NCBI GenBank assembly: GCA_964252075.1
Contig: CAXULY010000026.1
Coordinates: forward strand, 17,055-81,054
Length of the DNA: 64,000 nucleotides
Origin: an uncultured Deinococcaceae bacterium
Lineage (GTDB): Bacteria; Deinococcota; Deinococci; Deinococcales; Deinococcaceae
Direction of reading: 5' to 3'
The first letter of the stretch is position 1, and each line of letters begins with the position of its first letter. The notes beneath the pieces were generated by a model that did not search any database, was not told where the DNA came from, and saw only the letters and a list, made by a program, of their open reading frames with translations. This document shows, one piece after another, positions 52,831-63,537 of the stretch. Made by a program: the position numbers and the translations under genes.

Positions 52831-53850
52831 TTAGCCCTTGGGGTTGTTGCGGGTCGTCTGGGTCAGGCCGTTGCTGGCGCCTGACGTGGTGTCGAAGGTG
52901 GACCCACCCGTGACGTCGGTGCCCTGCATGGAGGTGCTGCCCTCCATCACGCCGCCCTGCGAGGCCGCGCCCATCCCCTGGGTGCTCTGGCCCATGCCCT
53001 GCTGCATGCCGGACTGCACGCGCAGCTGGTTGTGCACGTCGCGCACGCCGCGCGCGCGCTCGGCGGTGTCCTCCGCGAGGCGCTTCTGGTAACGGTCCGT
53101 GACGGTGCCCGTGAGGGTCACCTCGCCGCCCTGCACGCTGACCTCAATGTTGCTGGCGTCCAGGTCATCGTGGTCGCTGAGCAGGTCGTTCACATCCTCG
53201 CGGACGCGGTCGTCGCTGCGCTGGTAGCCTTTGGGTCCCTTGCCGTAATGCATGCCGCGGCTCATGCCGGTGTCCTGGGGGCGCACCACCCAGCGCTCAC
53301 TGCTTCCCATGCTGGAGCCCATGCGGTCGTACCCGTTCTGCATGCTGGAGCTGGAGCCCTGCTGGTACTGCTGCGACTGGCCGCGTCCACCGGAGTCCCA
53401 GTCGCGGCCCGCGCCGCTGTAGTTGCCGAAGCCGTACTGGCCGTACTGCTGGTCCATGCCCCCGGACATTCGGGTGCTGCCGTAGCTGCCGGAGCGCTCG
53501 TCGCCACTCATGCCGCCCGAGGCGTTGGAGCCGCGGAAGTCGCGGTCGTCGCGCCAGCGGTCCGCTCGGCCGCCCATGCCCATCTGGCGCTGCTGGTCGC
53601 GCCCGCCGTAGCCCTGGCCGTATCCTTGCCCGTAGCCCTGGTCCGAGCCGCCGTACCCCTGGCCGGAGCCCATGGCGGGGTCGCGGTAGCGTCCGGAGTC
53701 CGTGTCGCCGAGGCGGTAGCCCGCGCCGTCATCATCCGAGTAGTTGCGGTAGCGGTCGGAGTACTGCCGTTCCTCGCGCCGCTCGCGGTCGGGGCGGTCG
53801 TTCCAGTTGCGGTCATACCAGTCGCGGCGGTCATCGTATCGGTCAGCCAT
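52831..53850 (-). CDS. BON-domain protein with long low-complexity disordered regions
   Basis: GKGPKGYQRSDDRVREDV...VTLTGTV...GVRDVHNQLRV BON domain; G/S/Q/Y/R/D-rich N-terminus; GGAGG RBS. Confidence 0.88.
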   Translation of the reverse strand: MADRYDDRRDWYDRNWNDRPDRERREERQYSDRYRNYSDDDGAGYRLGDTDSGRYRDPAMGSGQGYGGSDQGYGQGYGQGYGGRDQQRQMGMGGRADRWRDDRDFRGSNASGGMSGDERSGSYGSTRMSGGMDQQYGQYGFGNYSGAGRDWDSGGRGQSQQYQQGSSSSMQNGYDRMGSSMGSSERWVVRPQDTGMSRGMHYGKGPKGYQRSDDRVREDVNDLLSDHDDLDASNIEVSVQGGEVTLTGTVTDRYQKRLAEDTAERARGVRDVHNQLRVQSGMQQGMGQSTQGMGAASQGGVMEGSTSMQGTDVTGGSTFDTTSGASNGLTQTTRNNPKG

Positions 53851-54035
53851 GGTGGTGCCTCCTTTGACGCTTCACGTGGTTGTGGCTTGCCTCTCCTGTG
53901 ATAGTCCTTCACTGTTCAGCCTGCGTGACACATGGGTAAAGCGCGTGCGCGGACAGGGTTCATGAAGGCGCCTCACGCGTCCACTAACGGCAGGGTCAGC
54001 GGCGGGGACTACCGTGCGCGCAAAGGAGGACTGGC

Positions 54036-54329
54036 ATGCCGAAAGCCTGGAGTGACAAGGACGAGCGCCTGTACCAGCACGTGAAGGACAGCGAGTTGCA
54101 GCGCGACGTGGGTGAGGAACGCGCCGAGGAGATCGCGGCGCGCACCGTGAACAAGCACCGCCGTGAGGAAGGCCGCACACCGAACAAACGTACGCAGGGC
54201 ACCGGGAACCCCAACGCGGACCTCGCGGACCTCACGCGGGACGAGCTGATGAACCGCGCGCGTGAGGCGAAACTCGCGGGCCGCTCCCGCATGACGAAGA
54301 AACAGCTGATCGAGGCGCTGAAAGCCTGA
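54036..54329 (+). CDS. Small basic/charged protein of the 'WS.K.ER.Y.H' family with C-terminal Rho-N-like helical domain
   Basis: MPKAWSDKDERLYQHVK, EEIAARTVNK, LTRDEL...GRSRMTKKQLIEAL; AGGAGG RBS. Confidence 0.8.
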   Translation: MPKAWSDKDERLYQHVKDSELQRDVGEERAEEIAARTVNKHRREEGRTPNKRTQGTGNPNADLADLTRDELMNRAREAKLAGRSRMTKKQLIEALKA

Positions 54330-54430
54330 ATCGAGCCGGTACGCGGCGCGGCCCTTCACTGGGCCGCGCCGCGTGCTGGACGCCACACATATCAGGCATG
54401 AGTCAGTTCTTTGTGCTTCGATAAGGCAAG

Positions 54431-55534
54431 ATGCCAATTCGCTCCCTGCGCGCTCCCCTGCTGGCATTGCTGCTCTTCGGCTCCGCGTTCGCGGCCACCT
54501 CGGATTTCGTCACGGTGAAGCGTGGCGACACCCTCACGCACATCGCGCGCAGCCACGGCCTGAGCCTCGCGCGGCTCCGTGCCCTGAACGGCCTGAAGTC
54601 CAGCACCATCCAGCCGGGCCTGCGGCTGCGCGTGCGGGCGGCGCCGCCCGCCCCGAAGCAGTCGCGGGTGGTGTGGGCTTTCGTGACGGCCCGCAGGGGC
54701 GACTCGCTGGTGACGCTCGCGAAGCGCTACCACACCAGCACCCTGAAACTCATGCAGCTGAACCACCAGTGGACGCCCGCGCTGTACGCCGGGCAGCGGG
54801 TGATGGTGCCGCGCCACCTGGAGGTCGCGGGCCCCCCGAAGCCGAAGGGCGTGGCGGTGCGCGTCTCGTCCCTGCGGGTGCTGAACGTGCCGATCACGGT
54901 GGCGCGCGTGGACCTCAGCCGCCCCGACGTGCTGGTGGCGCCCGTCATGCCGCAGGGCGGCATCGGGCACACGGGGGCGCGCGTGAGCACCCTCGCGCGG
55001 CTGTCCGGCGCGGAACTGGTGGTGAACGGCGGGTACTTCCACCCGCGCACCTTCGCGGTGGCGGGCGACGTGGTGGCGTCCGGGCGGCTGATCGCGTGGG
55101 GGTCCTCGCCCGTCGCGCTCGCCGTGACGTACGACAACCGCGCGCGCATCCTGCCCGCCGGGGCGAGCGCGTCATGGGCGGGGTACGAGACGGTCGTGGC
55201 GGGCGGGCCGCGCGTGCTGGCGGGCGGGCAGCCCTTGTGGGCGGGTCTGCGGCAGGGCTTCAGTGACCCCGCGATCTTCGGGCGGCGCAACCGCACCATG
55301 CTGGGCCTGCGCTCGCAGCACGAGCTGCTGCTGATCGTGACGCGCGCGCCCATCACGGTGACGGAGGCGGGAAAGGTGCTGCGCGCGCTGGGCGCGCGGG
55401 ACGGCATGCTGCTGGACGGCGGCACCAGCAGCGGCATGGCATACCGCGGGCAGGCGGTGCTGGAGTCTGGGCGGCGCGTGGCGTACGGTCTGGGCGTGCA
55501 CGTGAAGTACGTCGGGCGCCGCTTCATGCGTTGA
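54431..55534 (+). CDS. Secreted LysM x2 + phosphodiester glycosidase (NAGPA-like) protein
   Basis: Signal peptide; two LysM domains; VNGGYF, GGP, RT..G, LDGGTSS. Confidence 0.85.
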   Translation: MPIRSLRAPLLALLLFGSAFAATSDFVTVKRGDTLTHIARSHGLSLARLRALNGLKSSTIQPGLRLRVRAAPPAPKQSRVVWAFVTARRGDSLVTLAKRYHTSTLKLMQLNHQWTPALYAGQRVMVPRHLEVAGPPKPKGVAVRVSSLRVLNVPITVARVDLSRPDVLVAPVMPQGGIGHTGARVSTLARLSGAELVVNGGYFHPRTFAVAGDVVASGRLIAWGSSPVALAVTYDNRARILPAGASASWAGYETVVAGGPRVLAGGQPLWAGLRQGFSDPAIFGRRNRTMLGLRSQHELLLIVTRAPITVTEAGKVLRALGARDGMLLDGGTSSGMAYRGQAVLESGRRVAYGLGVHVKYVGRRFMR

Positions 55535-55603
55535 GGGCGCGCCCTCAACGCTTCATGAAGCTCTTCAGTGATTGTGTGGCGCGCGGGCGTCTAGGCTGTG
55601 GGC

Positions 55604-55954
55604 ATGACCGACCGCACCGATCCCGAGGGCGCCGACCGCGAGGCGCAGCGCCACCCTGAAGGCAACACCCCGCAGGACACCCAGGAGCCCGAGCAGGGCG
55701 TCGTGGTGGATGACGGCGTGCCCGCCGAGCTGGAGAACGACAAGATGATCGGGGAGTCCCTGCTGCGGGACGATGAGCTGGACGACGAGAAGAACCCGAA
55801 CGACGAGCCGGGCTTCGACGATGGCCGCCTGGGCGGCGAGGACGGCGAGGACCGCCAGGGGGACCCCGTGGAGGACGACATGCGCGGCGAGTCGCATGGC
55901 GGGGTGGGCGCGCGGCGCAACAGCGGCTTCGACGGCGGCCCGCCCCGCAAATAA
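55604..55954 (+). CDS. Small highly acidic, Gly-rich disordered protein
   Basis: 116 aa D/E/G-rich with very few bulky hydrophobics; TAGGCT 6 nt upstream of ATG; terminator downstream. Confidence 0.75.
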   Translation: MTDRTDPEGADREAQRHPEGNTPQDTQEPEQGVVVDDGVPAELENDKMIGESLLRDDELDDEKNPNDEPGFDDGRLGGEDGEDRQGDPVEDDMRGESHGGVGARRNSGFDGGPPRK

Positions 55955-55963
55955 GGATGACGC

Positions 55964-55992
55964 AGGGGCCGCCAGCGATGCTGGCGGCCCCT
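55964..55992. terminator. Terminator hairpin between convergent genes
   Basis: AGGGGCCGCCAGC-gat-GCTGGCGGCCCCT. Confidence 0.7.
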
Positions 55993-56005
55993 CCCCTGTT
56001 GCGCC

Positions 56006-58326
<2,321 letters not shown>

Positions 58327-58414
58327 GCGCACCCCACCGCACCATAACGGCACGCACACCACCAGTCACTCAGACAAGCGCGGGGCGCGTTCGCCCCGCC
58401 CGGTATCCTGACCC

Positions 58415-59263
58415 ATGACCCTGACCCTCCCCACCCTCTACCGCGTCTACTCCGCCCCGAACACCGAGGGCGGCAAGGTCGTGGCGGTGTTCCCGGACGC
58501 CGCGGGGCTGGACGCGCCCGAGATGCAGCGCCTCGCCGCGCAGTCCGGCGCGCCCGTCAGCATGTTCATCCAGCAGGTGAGTGTCTCGGACGTGGTGCTG
58601 CGGACCTTCACGCCCGAGCGTGAGAAGGGCGAGAGTGACAGCGGCGCCCTCGCAGCGCTCGACTGGCTGTACCGCGCGGGGCGCATCGCGGACGTGACGG
58701 AGGTCGTGATGCAGGACGCCCTGCCCGCGCAGCTGTGCGGCGGCGAGTGGCTGCTGCGCCAGGGGGACGCGCACGCGACCGCCCTGGAACTGAAACCCCT
58801 GGACGCCGCGCGCACGCTCGGCCTGGGCGCGCGGGCGCTGGGCGCCTTCCCCGTGACGGTCGCGGACGCGGGGAGGCCAAACCTCGTGCTGGTGCTGCGC
58901 GATCAGGAGAGCCTGGACGCCGCGCGGCCCGACGACGAGGCCATCGCGGCCCTGAACCGCGAGACGGGCACCCGCGGCCTCATCGCCGTCACCACGCCGG
59001 GCCGCCGGGGCGAGCACGTGGACTTCCGCACCTTCGGGCCGCTCAAGGGATTCACGGAGGACAACGCCAGCAGCAACACCTACGCGAGCCTCCTCGCGAG
59101 CCTGTCGCTGCTGGGTCTGCTGCCGACGGACGAGCCGCTGCTGCGCGCGTCGCAGGGTGAGGCGACGGGGCGCCCCGCTCGGCTCACCGCGCAGGCGCTG
59201 CTGGACGGCGCGCGCGCGCGGGAGATCTGGGTGGGCGGCAGCGCGCGGGCGGTGCAGCCGTGA
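58415..59263 (+). CDS. PhzF/DapF-fold protein with divergent active-site motifs
   Basis: EMQRLAA, RTFTPERE, RTFGP..G..ED, QG..TGRP, VGG.A; TATCCT 5 nt upstream of ATG. Confidence 0.75.
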   Translation: MTLTLPTLYRVYSAPNTEGGKVVAVFPDAAGLDAPEMQRLAAQSGAPVSMFIQQVSVSDVVLRTFTPEREKGESDSGALAALDWLYRAGRIADVTEVVMQDALPAQLCGGEWLLRQGDAHATALELKPLDAARTLGLGARALGAFPVTVADAGRPNLVLVLRDQESLDAARPDDEAIAALNRETGTRGLIAVTTPGRRGEHVDFRTFGPLKGFTEDNASSNTYASLLASLSLLGLLPTDEPLLRASQGEATGRPARLTAQALLDGARAREIWVGGSARAVQP

Positions 59264-60453
59264 CGACCGCCCCGAACCTCAGTACGGTCGCGCGGGACGT
59301 GTCCGCGAGCGCCGTGCTGGCGGGCGTCATCTCCGTCGTGATTGGCGTGGCGAGCAGCGTCGGCCTGATCTTCCAGGCGGCGCAGGTCGGGCACTTCAGC
59401 ACCGCGCAGACCGCGAGCTGGCTCACCGCGACGTGCCTGGGGATCGGCGTGACGGGCCTCCTGATGTGCTGGCGGCACCGCGCGCCCGTCGCGGTGGTGT
59501 GGAGCACGCCGGGCCTCGCCCTGATCGTGAGCGTCGCGGACCACCTGAGCTTCCCGGAGCTGATCGGCGCGTACCTCGTGTGCGCCGTCATCATCGCGGC
59601 GCTGGGCTTCTCCGGCCTGTTCGAGCGCGTGATGCGCCTCATCCCCGCGCCGCTCGCGTCGGCGCTGCTGGCGGGCATCCTGCTGGCCTTCCCGCTGCGC
59701 GCCTTCGCCGCTGTGCCCGCGCACCCCTGGGACGTGGGCGCCATGCTGCTCGCGTACCTCGTGGGGCGCGTGTGGCTGCCGCGCTACGCGGTGCCGCTGG
59801 CGCTCGCGGCGGGCGTGCTGGCCGTGCTGCTGCTGGGCGAGGCGCACGTGCCCGCCGGGGCGCTGGGCGGTTTCGGGCACCTGCAGCTCACCGCGCCGCA
59901 CTTCACGCTCGCCGCGACGCTGCAACTCGCGCTGCCGCTCGCGCTCGTCACCATGACCGCGCAGAACCTGCCGGGCAGCGCCGTGCTGCGCGCCAGTGGG
60001 TACGCGCGCGTGCCGCTCTCCCCCGTCATCGGCGCGACGGGCGTGGCGTCCCTGCTCATCGCGCCGTTCGGCTCGCCCATCCTGAACCTCGCGGCGCTCA
60101 CGGCGGCCATCTGCACGGGCGAGGAGGCGCACCCGGACGTGAACCGCCGCTACATCGCGGGCCTCACGTCGGCGCTCTGCTACCTGCTGCTGGGCGTCTT
60201 CGCGGGCGGCATCACCGTCGCGGTGAGCGCCCTGCCGACCGTGCTGGTCGCGGCACTCGCGGGTCTCGCGCTGATCGGCACCGTCACCGCAAACGTACAG
60301 ACCGCCCTGGGTGAGCCGCGCTGGCGGGAAGCCGCCGGACTGACCCTGCTGATCACCGCTTCCGGCGTGAGCGTGCTGGGCCTCGGGAGTGCCTTCTGGG
60401 GCATTCTGGTCGGGGTGCTCACCGCGTGGCTCTTGAGAAGGAGAAGTGCATGA
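59260..60453 (+). CDS. Benzoate/H+ symporter BenE family
   Basis: WSTPG.AL, MTAQNLPG, NLAALTAAIC, LITASG..LGLGSAFWG. Confidence 0.88.
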   Translation: MTTAPNLSTVARDVSASAVLAGVISVVIGVASSVGLIFQAAQVGHFSTAQTASWLTATCLGIGVTGLLMCWRHRAPVAVVWSTPGLALIVSVADHLSFPELIGAYLVCAVIIAALGFSGLFERVMRLIPAPLASALLAGILLAFPLRAFAAVPAHPWDVGAMLLAYLVGRVWLPRYAVPLALAAGVLAVLLLGEAHVPAGALGGFGHLQLTAPHFTLAATLQLALPLALVTMTAQNLPGSAVLRASGYARVPLSPVIGATGVASLLIAPFGSPILNLAALTAAICTGEEAHPDVNRRYIAGLTSALCYLLLGVFAGGITVAVSALPTVLVAALAGLALIGTVTANVQTALGEPRWREAAGLTLLITASGVSVLGLGSAFWGILVGVLTAWLLRRRSA

Positions 60454-61700
60454 ACCGCCCACAGACGATGGCCGAGAAGATCCTGTCCCAGCGCAGCGGC
60501 GCCCCCACCTTCGCGGGCGCGCTCGCGGTGGTGGAGGTGGATCACGTGATGGTGGTGGATTCCATCGCGCAGAGCTTCATTGAACGCATGACGCGCGACC
60601 TGGAGTCCGCCCCGAAGTACCCGGAGCGGGTGAGCATCGTGGTGGATCACGTGGCGCCCGCCAGCACCGTGAGTGTCGCGCAGGCGCAGAAGGAGGCGCG
60701 CGAGTACGCCGCCGCGACGGGCGTGCGCCTCTTCGACGTGGGGCGCGGCATCTGCCATCAGGTGCTGGTCGAGGAGGGCCTCGCGCAGCCCGGCTGGATC
60801 GTGCTGGGTAGCGACAGTCACTCCACCACCTACGGCGCGGTGGCGGCCTTCGGGACGGGCATGGGCGCCACCGACATCGCGCTCGCCGCTGCGAGCGGCA
60901 AGACGTGGCTGCGCGTGCCGGAGAGCGTCAAGGTGACCTTCACTGGCGACCTGCGGCCCGGCGTGACCGCCAAGGACGCGGCGCTGGAAATGATCCGCGT
61001 GCTGGGCGCGGACGGCGCGACGTACATGAGCATCGAGATGCACGCCGGGGACCGCTTCACGCGCGGCGAGCGCATGACGCTCGCGAACCTGTGCGTGGAG
61101 GCGGGCGCGAAGGCCGGGCTGGTCGTGCCGGGCGGCGAGATCCTCAGCCTGTACGACGTGCCGGAGTGGGTGTACCCGGACGAGGGCGCCACCTACGCGC
61201 GCGCGATCACCCTGGACCTCTCGACCCTCGCGCCGCGCATGAGCGCCCCGAGCGAGGTGGACAACGTGCACGACGTGGCCGAACTGCGCGGCCTGAAGGT
61301 GGATCAGGTGTTCATCGGCACCTGCACCAACGGCCGCCTGGAGGACCTGCACGCCGCCGCCGAGGTGCTGCGCGGGCACCGCGTGGACCCGCGCACGCGG
61401 CTGCTCGTGATTCCCGCGAGTTCGCAGGTGATGGAGGCGGCCATGCAGGACGGCACGCTCCTCACGCTGGTGCAGGCGGGCGCGGTGATGGGCACGCCCG
61501 GCTGCGGGCCGTGCATGGGCCGCCACCAGGGGGTGCTGGCGCCGGGCGAGGTGTGCGTGAGCACCAGCAACCGGAACTTTATCGGGCGCATGGGCGACAA
61601 GGACGCGAAGATCTACCTCGCGAGCCCCGCGGTGGCTGCCGCGACCGCCGTGATGGGCCGCATCGCCCTGCCCGAGGACGTGCGGCAGGTGAGCGCGTGA
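60450..61700 (+). CDS. lysT: Homoaconitase large subunit
   Basis: DHVAP, GICHQ, GSDSHSTTYG, GTCTNGR, GCGPCMG, STSNRNF.GRMG; lys cluster context. Confidence 0.9.
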   Translation: MNRPQTMAEKILSQRSGAPTFAGALAVVEVDHVMVVDSIAQSFIERMTRDLESAPKYPERVSIVVDHVAPASTVSVAQAQKEAREYAAATGVRLFDVGRGICHQVLVEEGLAQPGWIVLGSDSHSTTYGAVAAFGTGMGATDIALAAASGKTWLRVPESVKVTFTGDLRPGVTAKDAALEMIRVLGADGATYMSIEMHAGDRFTRGERMTLANLCVEAGAKAGLVVPGGEILSLYDVPEWVYPDEGATYARAITLDLSTLAPRMSAPSEVDNVHDVAELRGLKVDQVFIGTCTNGRLEDLHAAAEVLRGHRVDPRTRLLVIPASSQVMEAAMQDGTLLTLVQAGAVMGTPGCGPCMGRHQGVLAPGEVCVSTSNRNFIGRMGDKDAKIYLASPAVAAATAVMGRIALPEDVRQVSA

Positions 61701-62002
61701 GCGTGCAGGACGGCTGGATTCTGCCCGTGAACCTGCGCCCGTGCCTGGATCTGCTGGCCCGTGTGGGCGAGACGACCCTGGAGGACAGCACCGAAGCGGC
61801 CTTCGAGGAGGCGCTGAACGGCACGGACGCCGCGCAGGACCGCTGGTATAGTCTCACGCTCGGGCGGCTCGGCGTGCAGCTCGCGCGCGCGGACGGGCAC
61901 CGCATTCACCTGCGCGTGGAGGCGCCGCACGGCTTCGGGCGCGCCGTGGACGCCGTGACGCTCGCCTGCGCCACGTACCGACTGGAGGCCGCGCATGGGT
62001 GA
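61697..62002 (+). CDS. Hypothetical protein (101 aa)
   Basis: GTG overlaps lysT stop and its own stop overlaps next ATG; protein-like sequence GWILPVNLRPCLDLL. Confidence 0.65.
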   Translation: MSVQDGWILPVNLRPCLDLLARVGETTLEDSTEAAFEEALNGTDAAQDRWYSLTLGRLGVQLARADGHRIHLRVEAPHGFGRAVDAVTLACATYRLEAAHG

Positions 62003-62399
62003 CCCCAAGGTGCAGTTCATTCAGCCGGACGGGCTGTTCAGGGCGCCCGGCTACACCGCCGTGGTGTCCGCGCAGGGCGGCCGCACCGTGTACATCTCCG
62101 GGCAGGTGGCGCTCGACGCGCAGGGGCACCTGGTGGGCCCCGGCGACTTCGAGGTGCAGGCGCGGCAGTGCTTCGTGAACATCGGGCGGGCGCTGGAGGC
62201 GGCGGGCCTGGACTTCACGCACGTCGTGAAGCTCGGCCTGTTCGTGCTGGACACGGTGGACGTGCCGACCCTCCGGCGCGTGCGGGATGAATTCGTGAAC
62301 ACCGCGCAGCCGCCCGCCAGCACCCTCGTGCAGGTGGCGGGGCTGTTTCGCTCGGACCTGCTGGTGGAAGTGGAAGCCATCGCCGTGGGGCCTGCGTGA
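61995..62399 (+). CDS. RidA/YjgF family protein
   Basis: Y..VYISGQV, QARQCF.N, VVK, R, PPASTLVQV..L..LVEVEAIA. Confidence 0.9.
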   Translation: MGDPKVQFIQPDGLFRAPGYTAVVSAQGGRTVYISGQVALDAQGHLVGPGDFEVQARQCFVNIGRALEAAGLDFTHVVKLGLFVLDTVDVPTLRRVRDEFVNTAQPPASTLVQVAGLFRSDLLVEVEAIAVGPA

Positions 62400-62456
62400 C
62401 GCCCGTGCCGTCCCATTCAGGGCAGCGCTTCATCCGTGACGAGAGGAGGGCCTGAC

Positions 62457-62945
62457 GTGCCCCGCGTGTGGAAGTTCGGTGACAGCGTGAATACGGACGA
62501 CATCCTGCCCGGCAAGTTCGCGCCGTTCATGGCGGGCGAGGACGTGTTCCAGACCTACGCCTTCCATTACCTCCGCCCGGAGTTCGCGGCGCAGGTGCGG
62601 CCCGGCGACGTGCTGATCGGGGGGCGCAACTGGGGCCTGGGCTCCAGCCGCGAGTACGCGCCGCAGGCCCTGAAAAAGCTGCAGGTGGGGGGCATCATCG
62701 CGCCCTCGTTTGCGCGCATTCATTACCGCAACCTCCTGAACCTCGGCATCCCCGCCTTCGAGGCGGACCTCACGGGCGCGCTGCAGGACGGCGACGAGGT
62801 GACGCTGGACGTGAGCGCGGGCCTCTTGACGCGCGGCGAGGAGCGCTTCCAGCTCACGCCGCCCCCGGAGTTCCTGCGGGAGGCCCTGAAGGAGGGCAGC
62901 ATCCTCGCGTACTACCGCAAGCACCAGAAGTTCCCCGGCGAGTGA
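62457..62945 (+). CDS. lysU: Homoaconitase small subunit
   Basis: VNTDDILPG, NWGLGSSREYAP, SFARIHYRN; GGAGG RBS before GTG 62457. Confidence 0.9.
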   Translation: MPRVWKFGDSVNTDDILPGKFAPFMAGEDVFQTYAFHYLRPEFAAQVRPGDVLIGGRNWGLGSSREYAPQALKKLQVGGIIAPSFARIHYRNLLNLGIPAFEADLTGALQDGDEVTLDVSAGLLTRGEERFQLTPPPEFLREALKEGSILAYYRKHQKFPGE

Positions 62946-62998
62946 CGCCCGCGACGGTGCAGGCCCCTGTGAGGGAGCACTTATGAAAAAATGACCGC

Positions 62999-63304
62999 AT
63001 GCCAACCCTGGAAGTCGAGTGCCCCGTGTGCGGGGAAGTGCTGGAAGTCACGGACGAGGACCGCGCCGAACTGAATCTTGGCGACGTGATCGTGTGCGAC
63101 AACTGCAACGCCGAGATGGAAGTCACGACGAACCAGGGCGAGGAGTTCGACTTGGAGTTGCTCGGCATCCTGACCACCTGCCCGAACTGCGGCGAGGAAT
63201 TCGACGTGACGGAAGAGATGCTGGCGGAAGGCAACATCGTGAGTTGCCCGCACTGCCAGGCGAAGATCGAGCTGGAATTCGAGGATGAGGCCCCGCAGGC
63301 CTGA
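62999..63304 (+). CDS. Acidic double zinc-ribbon protein, LysV-like
   Basis: Four CxxC pairs (CPVC, CDNC, CPNC, CPHC); no EDWGE tail; lies between lysU and lysW like Thermus lysV. Confidence 0.75.
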   Translation: MPTLEVECPVCGEVLEVTDEDRAELNLGDVIVCDNCNAEMEVTTNQGEEFDLELLGILTTCPNCGEEFDVTEEMLAEGNIVSCPHCQAKIELEFEDEAPQA

Positions 63305-63316
63305 AAGGAACGCACC

Positions 63317-63490
63317 ATGCCCAACGTGAAGTTTGAGAACCCCGACACCGGCGCCACCATTGAGCTGCAGAACCCCGAGCTGGGCGAACTCGTGATTGAT
63401 GACGAGACCGGCGTGGAGTACGAGGTCGTGTCCGTCGAGCCGCCGCGCCTCGCGCCCGCCCCGCAGGAAGCGGAGGACTGGGGCGAGTAA
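63317..63490 (+). CDS. lysW: Amino-group carrier protein LysW (not in ORF track)
   Basis: MPNVKFENPDTGATIELQNPELGELVIDDETGVEYEVVSVEPPRLAPAPQEAEDWGE; diagnostic C-terminal EDWGE; AAAGGA RBS. Confidence 0.93.
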   Translation: MPNVKFENPDTGATIELQNPELGELVIDDETGVEYEVVSVEPPRLAPAPQEAEDWGE

Positions 63491-63537
63491 GCCCCTCGCG
63501 CGGCCCGTGGCCGCGTGGTGTGCTGAACCCTGGCGTT

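Noticed and set aside
54036..54329. Toxin-antitoxin (RelE / plasmid stabilisation) call for the 97-aa protein
   Set aside because: No RelE-like motif pattern and no adjacent antitoxin gene. It looks helical with a Rho-N-like tail.
60450..62945. leuC/leuD call for the aconitase-family pair
   Set aside because: Context with homocitrate synthase, lysW and lysX, and the short archaeal-type subunits, favour homoaconitase lysT/lysU.
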